Assembly (NCBI GenBank): GCA_046759285.1
Contig: JBHIBX010000001.1
Span: forward strand, 1 to 35,203
Source of the DNA: Candidatus Omnitrophota bacterium
GTDB taxonomy: Bacteria > Omnitrophota > Gorgyraeia > Tantalellales > Tantalellaceae
Length of the DNA stretch: 35,203 bases
Reading direction: 5' to 3'
The notes under the pieces were generated by a model, which was not told where the DNA came from, made no database searches, and saw nothing but the letters and a program-made list of their open reading frames with translations. The position numbers were made by a program, and so were the translations under genes. Shown here one piece after another: positions 1 to 9,411 of the stretch (the stretch's first letter is position 1; each line of letters opens with the position of its first letter).

Positions 1-2
1 CA

Positions 3-707
3 AATGTAAAATATAACCTTGAAAAGGACTTGAATCTCAATATACCCGTTGATGTTATGACGAACGCGGGAATCTTTGTGCTGGATGATCTTGGGATAGA
101 TAAGAAGAATCCATTCCTGTACGTGATCCAGGGAGGTGCTGGTTCTTCATTTAATGATTTTCTGGAATGGAAGGCATTTATCGGTTACCTCGATTTCGCG
201 CATATTGCAGACACAATGTCCATGAGTTTGGTGCCGACTTCAGCGTCGATGAATATGAACGGTAATTATAGACATGATTACGACGTTTTGGAAGTGAGCG
301 GGGAAGTCACATCTCATTTTCTTGAGCAGCAGGATCTGGGGACATTCAGTAAACCGCTTACTTTCTTCGTTGACTATGTTAATAACCTTGCGATCAGTGA
401 TAAGGACAATGGCTGGGAAATCGGTGCAAAACTTGGCAAGAAAAAATTCAAAAAGTTTGGCGACTGGAGAGCAGTATATAACTTCAGACGACTCGAAAGG
501 GATTCGTTTCCTGATGATTTCCCGGATGCGGATGCTTTCAGGGGACGCACCGACGGTTTTGGCCACGAAGCCATCTTCAGTTATGGCCTCGCGAAGAATA
601 TATGGCTGGAATTTGATTATTATGTCTTCAGGGACAAAACGCGTGGAATGGATCCCAACGATAAATGGGGTCAGATCATTCAGTTAGATTTGAACACTAA
701 ATTCTAA
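3..707 (+). CDS. outer-membrane beta-barrel (porin-like) protein, 5-prime truncated by the window edge
   Basis: The frame of listed ORF 30..707 stays open back to nt 3. The listed TTG start would give no signal peptide. The protein is aromatic- and Gly-rich with alternating strands and ends ...QLDLNTKF with a terminal Phe, as in OMP barrels. Confidence 0.6.
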   Translation, partial: NVKYNLEKDLNLNIPVDVMTNAGIFVLDDLGIDKKNPFLYVIQGGAGSSFNDFLEWKAFIGYLDFAHIADTMSMSLVPTSASMNMNGNYRHDYDVLEVSGEVTSHFLEQQDLGTFSKPLTFFVDYVNNLAISDKDNGWEIGAKLGKKKFKKFGDWRAVYNFRRLERDSFPDDFPDADAFRGRTDGFGHEAIFSYGLAKNIWLEFDYYVFRDKTRGMDPNDKWGQIIQLDLNTKF

Positions 708-740
708 AGCTGGTTTTTTTGAGGATGTAAATTTAAATAC

Positions 741-1415
741 ATGTTTAAAAAAGTATCAAATGGTTTGCTTGCCGCACTACTATGCGCGCAAATAAGCTGG
801 GCTTCTCCGACGGGCCTTAATAATATACCTACAACAGATGTGGCGCCCGACAGAACGCTTGTCGCGCAAACGTGGCTCACCACCGGTGGCGAAATGAAAC
901 CGCTGTACGTGACGGGGGCCAAATACGGGACAATAAACAGGATGGAGCTTGGTATCGACAGCAAGGTAGGGTCCGGAAAATCCGGTCCTGTCGCCTTGCA
1001 AGCCAAACTCAAGGTCTTTGGGTCTGATTTCGGTTTTTCAGCGCTTGCCGGGACTGAAGGGATAACGTTTGACGGCGATATCTCCGAGAACATAGTTCCG
1101 TACGTTGTAGCGTCTCAGGACCTTAAGATATCCGAAGACGTGCAGCTGTTCAGGTTGCACGCGGGATATGGTTTTCAAAAACATAATTTCAGCGTTTTCG
1201 GTGGAGTTGACAGGTCGTTTAAAATATGGGGCCAGGAGTTTATTCCCAGAAGCGACATTAAACAGGTCAACGATGGTAGAGACCTCTTGATTAGTGCGGG
1301 GTTTTTATTAACGCTGCCCTTTAACTTGGCGCTTGAGACCTGGTTAAATATACCGACTGAGGATGGTGCTGAAGAAAGCATGACGATAAAATTAGATTAT
1401 ATAATGAAGTTTTAG
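741..1415 (+). CDS. outer-membrane beta-barrel protein with signal peptide
   Basis: N-terminal signal peptide MFKKVSNGLLAALLCAQISWA/SP. The strand pattern is beta-rich and alternating, and the C-terminus ...KLDYIMKF ends in Phe. Confidence 0.6.
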   Translation: MFKKVSNGLLAALLCAQISWASPTGLNNIPTTDVAPDRTLVAQTWLTTGGEMKPLYVTGAKYGTINRMELGIDSKVGSGKSGPVALQAKLKVFGSDFGFSALAGTEGITFDGDISENIVPYVVASQDLKISEDVQLFRLHAGYGFQKHNFSVFGGVDRSFKIWGQEFIPRSDIKQVNDGRDLLISAGFLLTLPFNLALETWLNIPTEDGAEESMTIKLDYIMKF

Positions 1416-1434
1416 ATTGAGAGGGGGGATTGGC

Positions 1435-2139
1435 ATGGCGGAGAAAAAATTTACCAGAAGAGATTTTCTAAAAGCCGGCGGTGTTGCTGTTGCAGGTGCA
1501 ACAGGCGCCCTGGCTGCAGACAAGGCGGAAGCGTTCGGCCCGCCGAAAACCAAAAAACGCATGGCGATGGCAATAGATCTCAGGCGTTGTTTTGGTTGTA
1601 ACGCGTGCAGTGTCGCTTGCAAAGCTCAGTTTGACGTTCCACTGGGCGTGTGGCGAAGCTGGGTTATTGCTGCAGAAAAGGGGGAGTATCCCGCTGTTAC
1701 CCGTAGTTTTATCCCGGTATTATGCAACCATTGTGAGAATACACCGTGCTTAAAGGGATGCCCGGCCACAGCTATAGTCCGCGATCAGAACGGTATCATC
1801 GAACAGCGCGAAGAAGACTGTATAGGTTGCGGATACTGTCTTCAGACCTGTCCTTATAAGATGCGTTTCAGGCATCCTGAAAAAAAGGTAGCAAATAAAT
1901 GTAATTTCTGTAAAGAACGCCTGGAACAGGGGCTTGAGCCCGCTTGTGTGGATACCTGTAATGCAAAAGCAAGGATCTTCGGGGATCTAAATGATCCGAA
2001 CAGTGAAATTTCTAAATTAATCGCTTGTAACCCAACGTCGGTCCTGCTTCCGGAGGAGAACACCCAACCGAAAGTCTTTTATATAGGCCTTGATGCCGTC
2101 GCATATAAGAAACGCGCGGCGGTCCTGAGACACTCTTAA
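1435..2139 (+). CDS. Tat-signal 4Fe-4S ferredoxin-type electron-transfer subunit of a Mo-bisPGD oxidoreductase (TtrB/NrfC/PsrB-like)
   Basis: Twin-arginine motif FTRRDFLKAGG. Multiple ferredoxin-type Cys clusters (CFGCNACSVAC, CNHCENTPC...CP, CIGCGYCLQTCP, CNFC...C..C). The ATG at 1435 has GAGGGGGG upstream; the listed TTG at 1417 is less likely. Confidence 0.88.
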   Translation: MAEKKFTRRDFLKAGGVAVAGATGALAADKAEAFGPPKTKKRMAMAIDLRRCFGCNACSVACKAQFDVPLGVWRSWVIAAEKGEYPAVTRSFIPVLCNHCENTPCLKGCPATAIVRDQNGIIEQREEDCIGCGYCLQTCPYKMRFRHPEKKVANKCNFCKERLEQGLEPACVDTCNAKARIFGDLNDPNSEISKLIACNPTSVLLPEENTQPKVFYIGLDAVAYKKRAAVLRHS

Positions 2140-2153
2140 ATAAGGAGGAAACT

Positions 2154-3041
2154 ATGGAAACAAAAATAGTTTATGATATTTTTAACCTCGTTTACTGGGA
2201 CTGGCGGATAGCGATGGACCTGTTCCTTGGCGGGTTAGGTGTAGGCGCTTTTCTGTGCGCGATCGCTCTTATGTTCTATAAAGGAAATGATGATCTGGTT
2301 GCCGTAAAAACCGGCGCCATTATCGGCCCGATAGGCATGACCGTGGGGCTTTTGTTCATGCTAGCGGAAATGGGGCAGCCTCTGCGTATCTGGAAGACCT
2401 GGACAAGGTTCAATTTCATGTCGACCTTGTCATGGGGAGGAATATTGCAGCAGGGATTTATCCTCTTCTCCGCGATATTCGCTATTTTTCTTTTTACCCA
2501 TAAAAACAGGGAATTCAGGAAGAAGGTAGCCTTTTTCGCGGGAGCTTTCGCTCTGCTTGTAGCGTTCTATCACGGGTTTCTTCTTTCTTTTGTTACCGCC
2601 AGGCCTCTCTGGAATGCGGGCGCGATCAGCGTATCCGCGATTATTGGCTCTATCAGTACAGGGGCGGCGGCCGTTCTGTTTGTTTCTTCTTTTTCAGAAA
2701 AAGGGAGAAGAGAACTGAAAGAGATGAATAGCGAAATAAGGAACTTTTTACTGGCCCTGTTATTTGTCCAGGCATTTACCTGTTTAATCTGGTTAGTAAC
2801 ACTGGTAACAGGAAAGGCCGATTTCATGAACGCTTTTATCATGCTGAATAAACATTTTGGGGTCCTGTTCTGGTTCGGGGCTATGCTGGTGGGGTTGGTT
2901 TTTCCATTTCTTGTCCTTGCGAGGTATAGTTTCGGCGAAAGGGAAAGTAAACCAATACCTATAGCGCTGGTAACCGCGGCTATTTTAATAGGAGGATTCA
3001 TTTTTAGATATGTGTTGATCCTTGGTGGTCAGATATCTTAA
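2154..3041 (+). CDS. NrfD/PsrC/TtrC-type polytopic membrane (quinol-interacting) subunit
   Basis: 295 aa with about 8 hydrophobic helices, placed between the FeS and catalytic subunits. The N-terminal region WDWRIAMDLFLGGLGVGAF is typical of the NrfD family. Confidence 0.85.
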   Translation: METKIVYDIFNLVYWDWRIAMDLFLGGLGVGAFLCAIALMFYKGNDDLVAVKTGAIIGPIGMTVGLLFMLAEMGQPLRIWKTWTRFNFMSTLSWGGILQQGFILFSAIFAIFLFTHKNREFRKKVAFFAGAFALLVAFYHGFLLSFVTARPLWNAGAISVSAIIGSISTGAAAVLFVSSFSEKGRRELKEMNSEIRNFLLALLFVQAFTCLIWLVTLVTGKADFMNAFIMLNKHFGVLFWFGAMLVGLVFPFLVLARYSFGERESKPIPIALVTAAILIGGFIFRYVLILGGQIS

Positions 3042-3062
3042 AAGAAAGAAGGGGGATTAACA

Positions 3063-5801
3063 ATGGCAAAAGATAGAAAAAAAATAAACCGTAGAGATCT
3101 CTTAAAATTGGGGCTGATAAGTTCCGCGCTTTTTGCCGTGAGTGCTCCATTCGGGATCTTAAAGCGGGCTTATGCAAAAGTGCCTGAGGAGGAACTGCCT
3201 GATGTGTTTGAAAAGGCGGCGCTGAAGATGAAATCTGTAGATAAGAAGACGTTAAAAGCCGTACCGACCAGCTGTCTGCAGTGTGTTGCCATCTGCGGAG
3301 TGATCGGTTACGTCGAAGACGGACGCATCGTTAAGATCGAGGGGAACCCTTACTGCCCCAATAACAGGGGCATGATCTGCGCCAAAGGGCAGGCAGGGGT
3401 GAACCAGGTGTATGATCCCGATAGGATTCTTTATCCCTTGAAAAGAGCGGGAAAGAGGGGAGAGGGAAAATGGAAGAGAATATCCTGGGATGAAGCAATA
3501 AAAGATGTTGCCGCCGCGATGGATAAAGTTTATAAAGGCGGTCATCCCGAAGAATTCATGTTCCATTACGGAAGAAGCAGGATAAAACCGGCCGTGAATA
3601 ACCTGATGCACTCAGTCTCTTCCAAGACCAAAGGAAACCATACCTCGATCTGTGAGGTCGGGAAATGGACCGGGCAGGAGCTCTCGATGGGGAAACACTA
3701 TGATATAAACGATGTCGAGAACAGCCATTTTATCCTGAATATGGGTACGAATATGCTCGAAGCACATACGAGCCACAGCTATTTTGCCCAGCGTGTAGTT
3801 GACGCGACAATGAAAGGGGCAAAGCTTGTCACTGTTGATGTGCGTCTTTCGAATACGGCAGCAAGAAGTGACAGGTGGATCCCGATAAAGCCGGGCACGG
3901 ATTCAGCGGTTATCCTGGCAATGTGCAATATTATCATGCAGAAAGGTTTGTATGATGAAAAATTCATCGATAAATGGACCAATGTGACGGTCGATGGGCT
4001 GAAAGAGCATCTTGCGCCTTATACCGCGGAATGGGCCGAAAAAGAGTCCGGGGTCCCGGCCGAAGGGATCGAAAGACTGGCTATTGAATATACTACAAAC
4101 AGGCCTTCTACCTTGATCACTTATCGCGGTTTTGTCGGCCACTACAACGGGACGCATTCCGAGTTCGCCGCCAAAATGCTTGATGTTATTTGCGGCAATA
4201 TGATGGTCAAGGGCGGAACGCAGATGAAAATATCCGGGAAATGGCAGGATCCCTACAAAAGTTCATCCAAAAAAGCGGATAAGGAACTGGGTAAACGTAA
4301 ACCCAAAGCCGCTAAGCTTTATGTGGCGGACGGAGATGATCTGGGAGTGGCGCTTCCGACCCACCATGTTGCTCAGCGAGTCCTGGAGAATATCAAGAAG
4401 GGAGGCAAGAAGAGCGGGCGCCGGCCCAAGGTGTATATGACCTACGTTTACAATGGGATCTATACTACCGGCGACTGCGCAGAGAATCTGGAAATAATGA
4501 AGAACGAGAAATTTCTTCCCTTGATCGTTTCAAGTGATACTTCAATGAGTGAAACAACCGCTCTTGCCGATTATATATTACCGGACGCTACTTATCTGGA
4601 GAGATGGACGACCGAGGCGCCGCAGTCTTATGCCTTGACCAAGTTTCTGCAGATACGTCAACCGGTAATAAAACCGCTTGGCGAGGCAATGGATTTCCAG
4701 GATGTTGCTATCAAACTGGGGAGAGCCATGAACGCCGATGTGGCGAAATATTTCCCGTATGATACCGCTGAAGATTATATTAAGGCTGCTTGTGAGAAAA
4801 CCGAAAAAAACGCGGAAAAACATCACAAGAAACTTTATGGTGTTGACGGTGAACCCATTAAGGTCTCTCTTTTCGACTATATCATGAAATACGGCATAGT
4901 CAATCAGAGCCTGAAGCCCAGCTATCATGTGCATAAGAAAAAACTTAAGAGCACGGATCTTAAGGATACGATAGTTGACGAAGAGACCGGCGTAGTCTGG
5001 AATCCTAAAAAGACTAAGGCAAAAGCAGGACAAACCTATACACAGGCAAAGAACGGATACAAAGGGTATAAGGGCCAGATGGTGGATGGCGTTGCTTATA
5101 AGGGATTTAAGCCCGATAAGATCAATAAATCCGGAAAAATGGAGTTTAAATCGCGCTTTTTGAAAAAAGCCGAAAAGAAACTCCTGACCCAGCTTACACC
5201 GATCGTAAAGGGAACTCGCAATGAGTTCATACTCGACCACATCAAAACCGGGATGCCTACATATCTACCTGTTCCCGAACATAAGCTTATGGGGAAAGAT
5301 GAACTTATCATGACGTCTTTCAAGGTCAATGTGCAGATCCATTCGCGTTCTCAGAACTGTAAATGGCTCACAGAGATATACCACAAGAATCCGGCCTGGA
5401 TCAATGCCAAAACAGCGGAACGTTTCGGGGTCAAAGACGGGGACATGATCAAGATCAAAGTGGCGGGTAAGTCCTATCCGGAAATAGGGTACAGCACAAC
5501 TGCTATGAAAGAAGTAACTGTCCGGGCAAATGTGACAGAAACCATCCATCCGGATGTAGTCGCTCTGTCCTATCATTGCGGTCACTGGGATTACGGCAGG
5601 GTAGCTTCGGGAAAGGCAGTTTTTCCGGAAGTCGCCGATGACGCGAACCTCTGGTGGCAGAAGAAAGGCACGAGAAAATTCGGTCCTGTGTGGGATGAAG
5701 CAAAAGGCGTGCATTGTAACTGGGTTATTCCTAACTCAGTAGACCCGATAAGCGGGCAATGGCCCAGCAACGATACGGTGGTGAAAATAGAGAAGGTTTA
5801 A
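3063..5801 (+). CDS. Tat-exported molybdopterin (Mo/W-bisPGD) oxidoreductase catalytic subunit, Ttr/Psr/Phs/Srd-like; substrate unassigned
   Basis: Twin-arginine signal INRRDLLKLG. N-terminal CLQCVAIC...C [4Fe-4S] motif. Candidate Cys Mo ligand in NHTSICEVGKW. C-terminal molybdopterin-binding barrel (GDMIKIKV...). Gene order B-C-A is as in ttrBCA/srdBCA. Confidence 0.85.
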   Translation: MAKDRKKINRRDLLKLGLISSALFAVSAPFGILKRAYAKVPEEELPDVFEKAALKMKSVDKKTLKAVPTSCLQCVAICGVIGYVEDGRIVKIEGNPYCPNNRGMICAKGQAGVNQVYDPDRILYPLKRAGKRGEGKWKRISWDEAIKDVAAAMDKVYKGGHPEEFMFHYGRSRIKPAVNNLMHSVSSKTKGNHTSICEVGKWTGQELSMGKHYDINDVENSHFILNMGTNMLEAHTSHSYFAQRVVDATMKGAKLVTVDVRLSNTAARSDRWIPIKPGTDSAVILAMCNIIMQKGLYDEKFIDKWTNVTVDGLKEHLAPYTAEWAEKESGVPAEGIERLAIEYTTNRPSTLITYRGFVGHYNGTHSEFAAKMLDVICGNMMVKGGTQMKISGKWQDPYKSSSKKADKELGKRKPKAAKLYVADGDDLGVALPTHHVAQRVLENIKKGGKKSGRRPKVYMTYVYNGIYTTGDCAENLEIMKNEKFLPLIVSSDTSMSETTALADYILPDATYLERWTTEAPQSYALTKFLQIRQPVIKPLGEAMDFQDVAIKLGRAMNADVAKYFPYDTAEDYIKAACEKTEKNAEKHHKKLYGVDGEPIKVSLFDYIMKYGIVNQSLKPSYHVHKKKLKSTDLKDTIVDEETGVVWNPKKTKAKAGQTYTQAKNGYKGYKGQMVDGVAYKGFKPDKINKSGKMEFKSRFLKKAEKKLLTQLTPIVKGTRNEFILDHIKTGMPTYLPVPEHKLMGKDELIMTSFKVNVQIHSRSQNCKWLTEIYHKNPAWINAKTAERFGVKDGDMIKIKVAGKSYPEIGYSTTAMKEVTVRANVTETIHPDVVALSYHCGHWDYGRVASGKAVFPEVADDANLWWQKKGTRKFGPVWDEAKGVHCNWVIPNSVDPISGQWPSNDTVVKIEKV

Positions 5802-5812
5802 ACCGGAGAAAC

Positions 5813-5872
5813 AGGGGCCAGACCTTTATTGACATTTTTATATTGAAGGCCTGGCCCCTTTGTGTTATTTTT
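5813..5872 (+). terminator. rho-independent terminator after the catalytic subunit gene
   Basis: AGGGGCCAGACCTT (5813-5826) pairs with AAGGCCTGGCCCCT (5846-5859), giving 14 bp with 1 mismatch and a 19-nt loop. It is followed by TTGTGTTATTTTTG. Confidence 0.6.
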
Positions 5873-5909
5873 GTTAAATACAATATATAATATACATGGA
5901 AAGGTTTGT

Positions 5910-6521
5910 ATGGAGACGGAGAAGATCTATGAATTCCTGGCAAATGTATTCGCTAAAGAACCCACCGGGGAGTTTTTGCGTACATTGCAGGAGCAGGGGA
6001 AAGAAGCATTTAAGGCTTTCAAAATCGATCCGTCAGCCGGCATAACACATCTTTCACGCAAGGAACAGGCAGAGTTACTCGCTGTTGAATACGCGGGACT
6101 TTTTTTGATGCCGGGGGCGTCTACTTTACCGAGGGAATCATTACAGCGGGGCGAAGGAAGGCTATGGGGCTCTTCGACTGTTGAGGTAAATAACCTTTAT
6201 AAAAAGTTTGGATTTGAATTAGATGAAAGCTTTCATGATACCCCGGATCATTTAAGCGTTGAGCTGGTGTTCTTAGCGAAGCTTTCCGGATTAGAGGCTG
6301 AATATTCCGACAAGAGTTTATCGGAGGCGAAGAAAGGGGTTTTGGAGGTTAAGAAGTATTTTTTGAAAAACCATCTTCTTAAATGGTTTCCTCGCTTCAA
6401 AGATGAAGTTGCCCTTCGCGCGGAGTATTCATATTACAAAGAGATTACCCGACTTTTAGGAATGGTTTTAGATGATGAATGGGAAGAATTAAAAAATATT
6501 AAGGAGGAGATAAATGTTTAA
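5910..6521 (+). CDS. TorD/DmsD-family redox-enzyme maturation chaperone
   Basis: Family-typical motifs EYAGLFLMPG and PDHLSVELVFLAKL. The ATG at 5910 (METEKIY) is preceded by GGAAAGG; the listed start 5862 lies in the terminator T-tract. Confidence 0.8.
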   Translation: METEKIYEFLANVFAKEPTGEFLRTLQEQGKEAFKAFKIDPSAGITHLSRKEQAELLAVEYAGLFLMPGASTLPRESLQRGEGRLWGSSTVEVNNLYKKFGFELDESFHDTPDHLSVELVFLAKLSGLEAEYSDKSLSEAKKGVLEVKKYFLKNHLLKWFPRFKDEVALRAEYSYYKEITRLLGMVLDDEWEELKNIKEEINV

Positions 6522-6699
6522 ATTCGGTATGGGAGAGCTTGTTGTAATATTATTGATCATTCTTGTCCTATTTGGCGCTTCAAGACTGCCGGAGATCGCC
6601 CGTGCCTTAGCCAAGTCCATCAAGGAATTCAAGAAGGCCGGGAAAGAAATAAAGGACGACATCGAAGAAGTAACTAAGGACGAGGAAGAAAAGAAATAG
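6514..6699 (+). CDS. tatA: twin-arginine translocase subunit TatA/E
   Basis: 61 aa. Single N-terminal helix GELVVILLIILVLFG, then the hinge and amphipathic helix ASRLPEIARALAKSIKEFKK and an acidic tail. Confidence 0.9.
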   Translation: MFKFGMGELVVILLIILVLFGASRLPEIARALAKSIKEFKKAGKEIKDDIEEVTKDEEEKK

Positions 6700-6720
6700 T
6701 AACAGGGGAAATTCGGGAAA

Positions 6721-7428
6721 ATGGCAAATGAAGAAAAACTCACTCTTGTTGCGCATTTAGAAGAGTTCAGAAGCAGGGTTATAAAATCTGTTATTTTTGT
6801 AATAATCTCAACCTGTCTTGTATATGGTTTTGTGGGCTCCATTCTTCCACCATTGATCAAACCCGTAGGAAAACTTGTGTTTATAGCGCCGCAGGAAGCT
6901 TTTGTGGCCAATATAAAGATAGCTTTTTTCGGGGGATTATTTTTATCCGCACCTTTCGTCCTTTTTCAGATCTGGCGGTTCGTATCGACGGGATTGCACA
7001 AAAACGAGACCAAGTACGTGCGGATATTTGGCCCCTTATCTTTTATCTTTTTTATCGCAGGTACTTTTTTTTGTTATTTCGTGATCATTCCGATCAGTAT
7101 TAGGTTCCTTCTTGGCTTTGCCACGGACCTGATGACTCCCATGATAACCGTAAGCAAATATATCTCTTTTGTGGGAACTTTGACCCTGACCTTTGGACTG
7201 GTTTTTGAGCTTCCGCTGGCAAGCCTTTTTCTCACGAAGATAGGTCTGATCACACCGCGATTTCTGTCGAAAAAAAGAAAACTGGCGATCGTCATTATAT
7301 TCGTGTCAGCAGCGATCCTTACTCCTCCGGATGTGATCACCCAGTGCATGATGGCAGTGCCGCTTCTGGCATTATATGAAATCGGGATTTTGTTCTCCAA
7401 AGCTGTATATAAGCCAAAAACGATATGA
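6721..7428 (+). CDS. tatC: twin-arginine translocase subunit TatC
   Basis: 235 aa with six TM segments. The N-terminus LTLVAHLEEFRSRV and motifs FIAPQEAF and LTPPDVITQ are typical of TatC. Confidence 0.9.
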   Translation: MANEEKLTLVAHLEEFRSRVIKSVIFVIISTCLVYGFVGSILPPLIKPVGKLVFIAPQEAFVANIKIAFFGGLFLSAPFVLFQIWRFVSTGLHKNETKYVRIFGPLSFIFFIAGTFFCYFVIIPISIRFLLGFATDLMTPMITVSKYISFVGTLTLTFGLVFELPLASLFLTKIGLITPRFLSKKRKLAIVIIFVSAAILTPPDVITQCMMAVPLLALYEIGILFSKAVYKPKTI

Positions 7429-8027
7429 CGCATAGAATCACGGGTATAATACTTTCAGGTGGAAAAAGCGCTAGAATGGGAAGAGATAAGGCGTTTATCT
7501 TATTTTCGGGTAAGCCCTTAATAGGGGTCATGATAGATAACCTGTCAGCGGTTTGTGTTGAGCTGATCATAGCCACAAATAAGCCGTATTTGTATCAGGA
7601 ATACAATGTTCAAGTGTCCATAGACATTATAAAGGACAAGGGTCCATTAGGAGGGATCCACGCCGGATTGATTGCCTCAAGAAATATGTACAATTTTGTC
7701 TGTGCATGTGATATGCCGTTTATAAACCGGGATCTGGTCGGATATATGGCGGAGAATGCCGATGGCTACGATGCGGTCATTGTCGAACATAAACAAGAAC
7801 TTGAGCCGTTATGCGCGGTATATTCCAAAAACTGCATAGAACATATTGAAAAGGAGCTTTATAGGGGTAATTTGAAGATGACGGATTTTCTCAAGAGTAT
7901 CAGGATAAAAGTAATGAAGGAGAGAGATATTTCAAAATTTGATCCCGAAGGTCGTTCTTTCGTGAACGTGAACACAAAAAAAGACTATCAATGTATATTA
8001 CAGGAAACTTTGACAAACAGAAAATAG
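7425..8027 (+). CDS. mobA: molybdenum cofactor guanylyltransferase
   Basis: N-terminal GIILSGGKSARMGRDKA nucleotide-binding motif. About 200 aa, in Moco gene context. Confidence 0.85.
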   Translation: MTHRITGIILSGGKSARMGRDKAFILFSGKPLIGVMIDNLSAVCVELIIATNKPYLYQEYNVQVSIDIIKDKGPLGGIHAGLIASRNMYNFVCACDMPFINRDLVGYMAENADGYDAVIVEHKQELEPLCAVYSKNCIEHIEKELYRGNLKMTDFLKSIRIKVMKERDISKFDPEGRSFVNVNTKKDYQCILQETLTNRK

Positions 8028-8956
8028 ATTATCTTCGTATATCGGTTACGGATAGATGTAATTTAGGATGCATTTACTGCATACCGCGTAACGGTATCAT
8101 GCACAGATCTCATGATGAGCTTTTGACTTTTGAACAGATCCTGAAACTGGCAAGGATATTTGTGTCCTTGGGGATAACCAAGATCCGACTTACCGGGGGC
8201 GAACCCCTTATAAGGAAAGGCGTGGTTGAACTTCTCAGGCGATTAGCCGGGCTTAAGGGCGTAGAAGAGGTGCTATTAACGACAAACGGGATCCTTTTGT
8301 CCAGTTATGCCGAACAGCTTAAAGCGGCGGGCTTGAGAAGAATAAACATAAGCCTGGACACGCTTAAAGAGGACAAGTTCCGGAGGATAACAAGGGGCGG
8401 TTCTCTTCATAACACCCTGGAGGGTATAGAAAAGGCCAAAGAGATCGGCTTAGATCCCGTGAAGTTGAATATGGTTGTTATGAAAGGTATAAACGAAGAT
8501 GAAATAATCGACTTTGCGGATTTTGCTTTCAGTAAGGGAGTAATTTTAAGATATATAGAATTAATGAAAGTCGCCCCCTTATGGAGGGAAGAGTATGTTA
8601 TGCCCATAGAAGAAGTCAAGGGGATTTGTGAAAATGCGTTTAAGCTTCAAAGGACAGAAAACCCAGATTCTGGCCCTGCAGAATATTATGAAGTTGCCGG
8701 GAAGGGCCTTTTGGGGTACATAAAGACAGACGGATATAATTGTATGAGCTGCAGCAGGCTAAGACTTACCTCTATGGGAGAATTCAAAACCTGTCTCTAT
8801 GAACCCCGGGGACTTCACTTAAAAGAACTTTTAGAAAACGGGGGCCGTGATGACGAGATCAGAGAGGCCATAAAGAAGAGATTATCGATAAAGAAAACCA
8901 CGGATTATCGGGATTGGGAGTCCAGCAAAGTTTGTATGGCAAGTGTGGGCGGATAA
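7991..8956 (+). CDS. moaA: GTP 3',8-cyclase (radical SAM)
   Basis: YLRISVTDRCNLGCIYC radical SAM motif, C-terminal cluster C..C...C, and terminal GG. The 37-nt overlap with mobA makes the exact start uncertain. Confidence 0.9.
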   Translation: MYITGNFDKQKIDYLRISVTDRCNLGCIYCIPRNGIMHRSHDELLTFEQILKLARIFVSLGITKIRLTGGEPLIRKGVVELLRRLAGLKGVEEVLLTTNGILLSSYAEQLKAAGLRRINISLDTLKEDKFRRITRGGSLHNTLEGIEKAKEIGLDPVKLNMVVMKGINEDEIIDFADFAFSKGVILRYIELMKVAPLWREEYVMPIEEVKGICENAFKLQRTENPDSGPAEYYEVAGKGLLGYIKTDGYNCMSCSRLRLTSMGEFKTCLYEPRGLHLKELLENGGRDDEIREAIKKRLSIKKTTDYRDWESSKVCMASVGG

Positions 8957-8970
8957 AATAAAGGAAAAAC

Positions 8971-9411
8971 ATGCGAATGATAGATGTAGGCAAAAAAAAG
9001 ATCACTGAAAGAAAAGCAATAGTAGAGGGTAGAATTCGCTTGTGTTCTTCTGTTATAAACATGATAAAACAGAAAAAAGTACCTAAAGGAGATGTCCTGG
9101 AAGCCGCGAAGATTGCAGGCATACTTGCCGTAAAGAACACTCCACATATTATTCCTTTATGCCATCCTATACCTATAGAATATGTAAATATAGAATTTTT
9201 GCCGGGAAAAGAAGAAATAAAAATAGTAACAACTGTCAAAGGAAATGCGAAAACAGGTGTAGAGATGGAAGCCTTAACTGCTACGACGGTCTCTGCGCTA
9301 ACCATTTATGATATGTGTAAAATGTTAGACAAAGAGATTTCTATCACTGAGATTAAGCTTATGAAGAAAACAGGCGGGAAAAGCGGAACATATGTGAGAA
9401 AGGAAAAATGA
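8971..9411 (+). CDS. moaC: cyclic pyranopterin monophosphate synthase
   Basis: 146 aa with conserved KGDVLEAAKIAGILAVKNT...IPLCHP and GVEMEALTA motifs. Confidence 0.9.
   Translation: MRMIDVGKKKITERKAIVEGRIRLCSSVINMIKQKKVPKGDVLEAAKIAGILAVKNTPHIIPLCHPIPIEYVNIEFLPGKEEIKIVTTVKGNAKTGVEMEALTATTVSALTIYDMCKMLDKEISITEIKLMKKTGGKSGTYVRKEK

Noticed and set aside
4578-5714. Long minus-strand ORFs (220 aa at 4578..5240, 149 aa at 5265..5714) inside the catalytic molybdoenzyme gene.
   Set aside because: They are antisense shadow ORFs with low-complexity, motif-free translations. The + strand frame encodes a continuous, motif-rich 912-aa protein.
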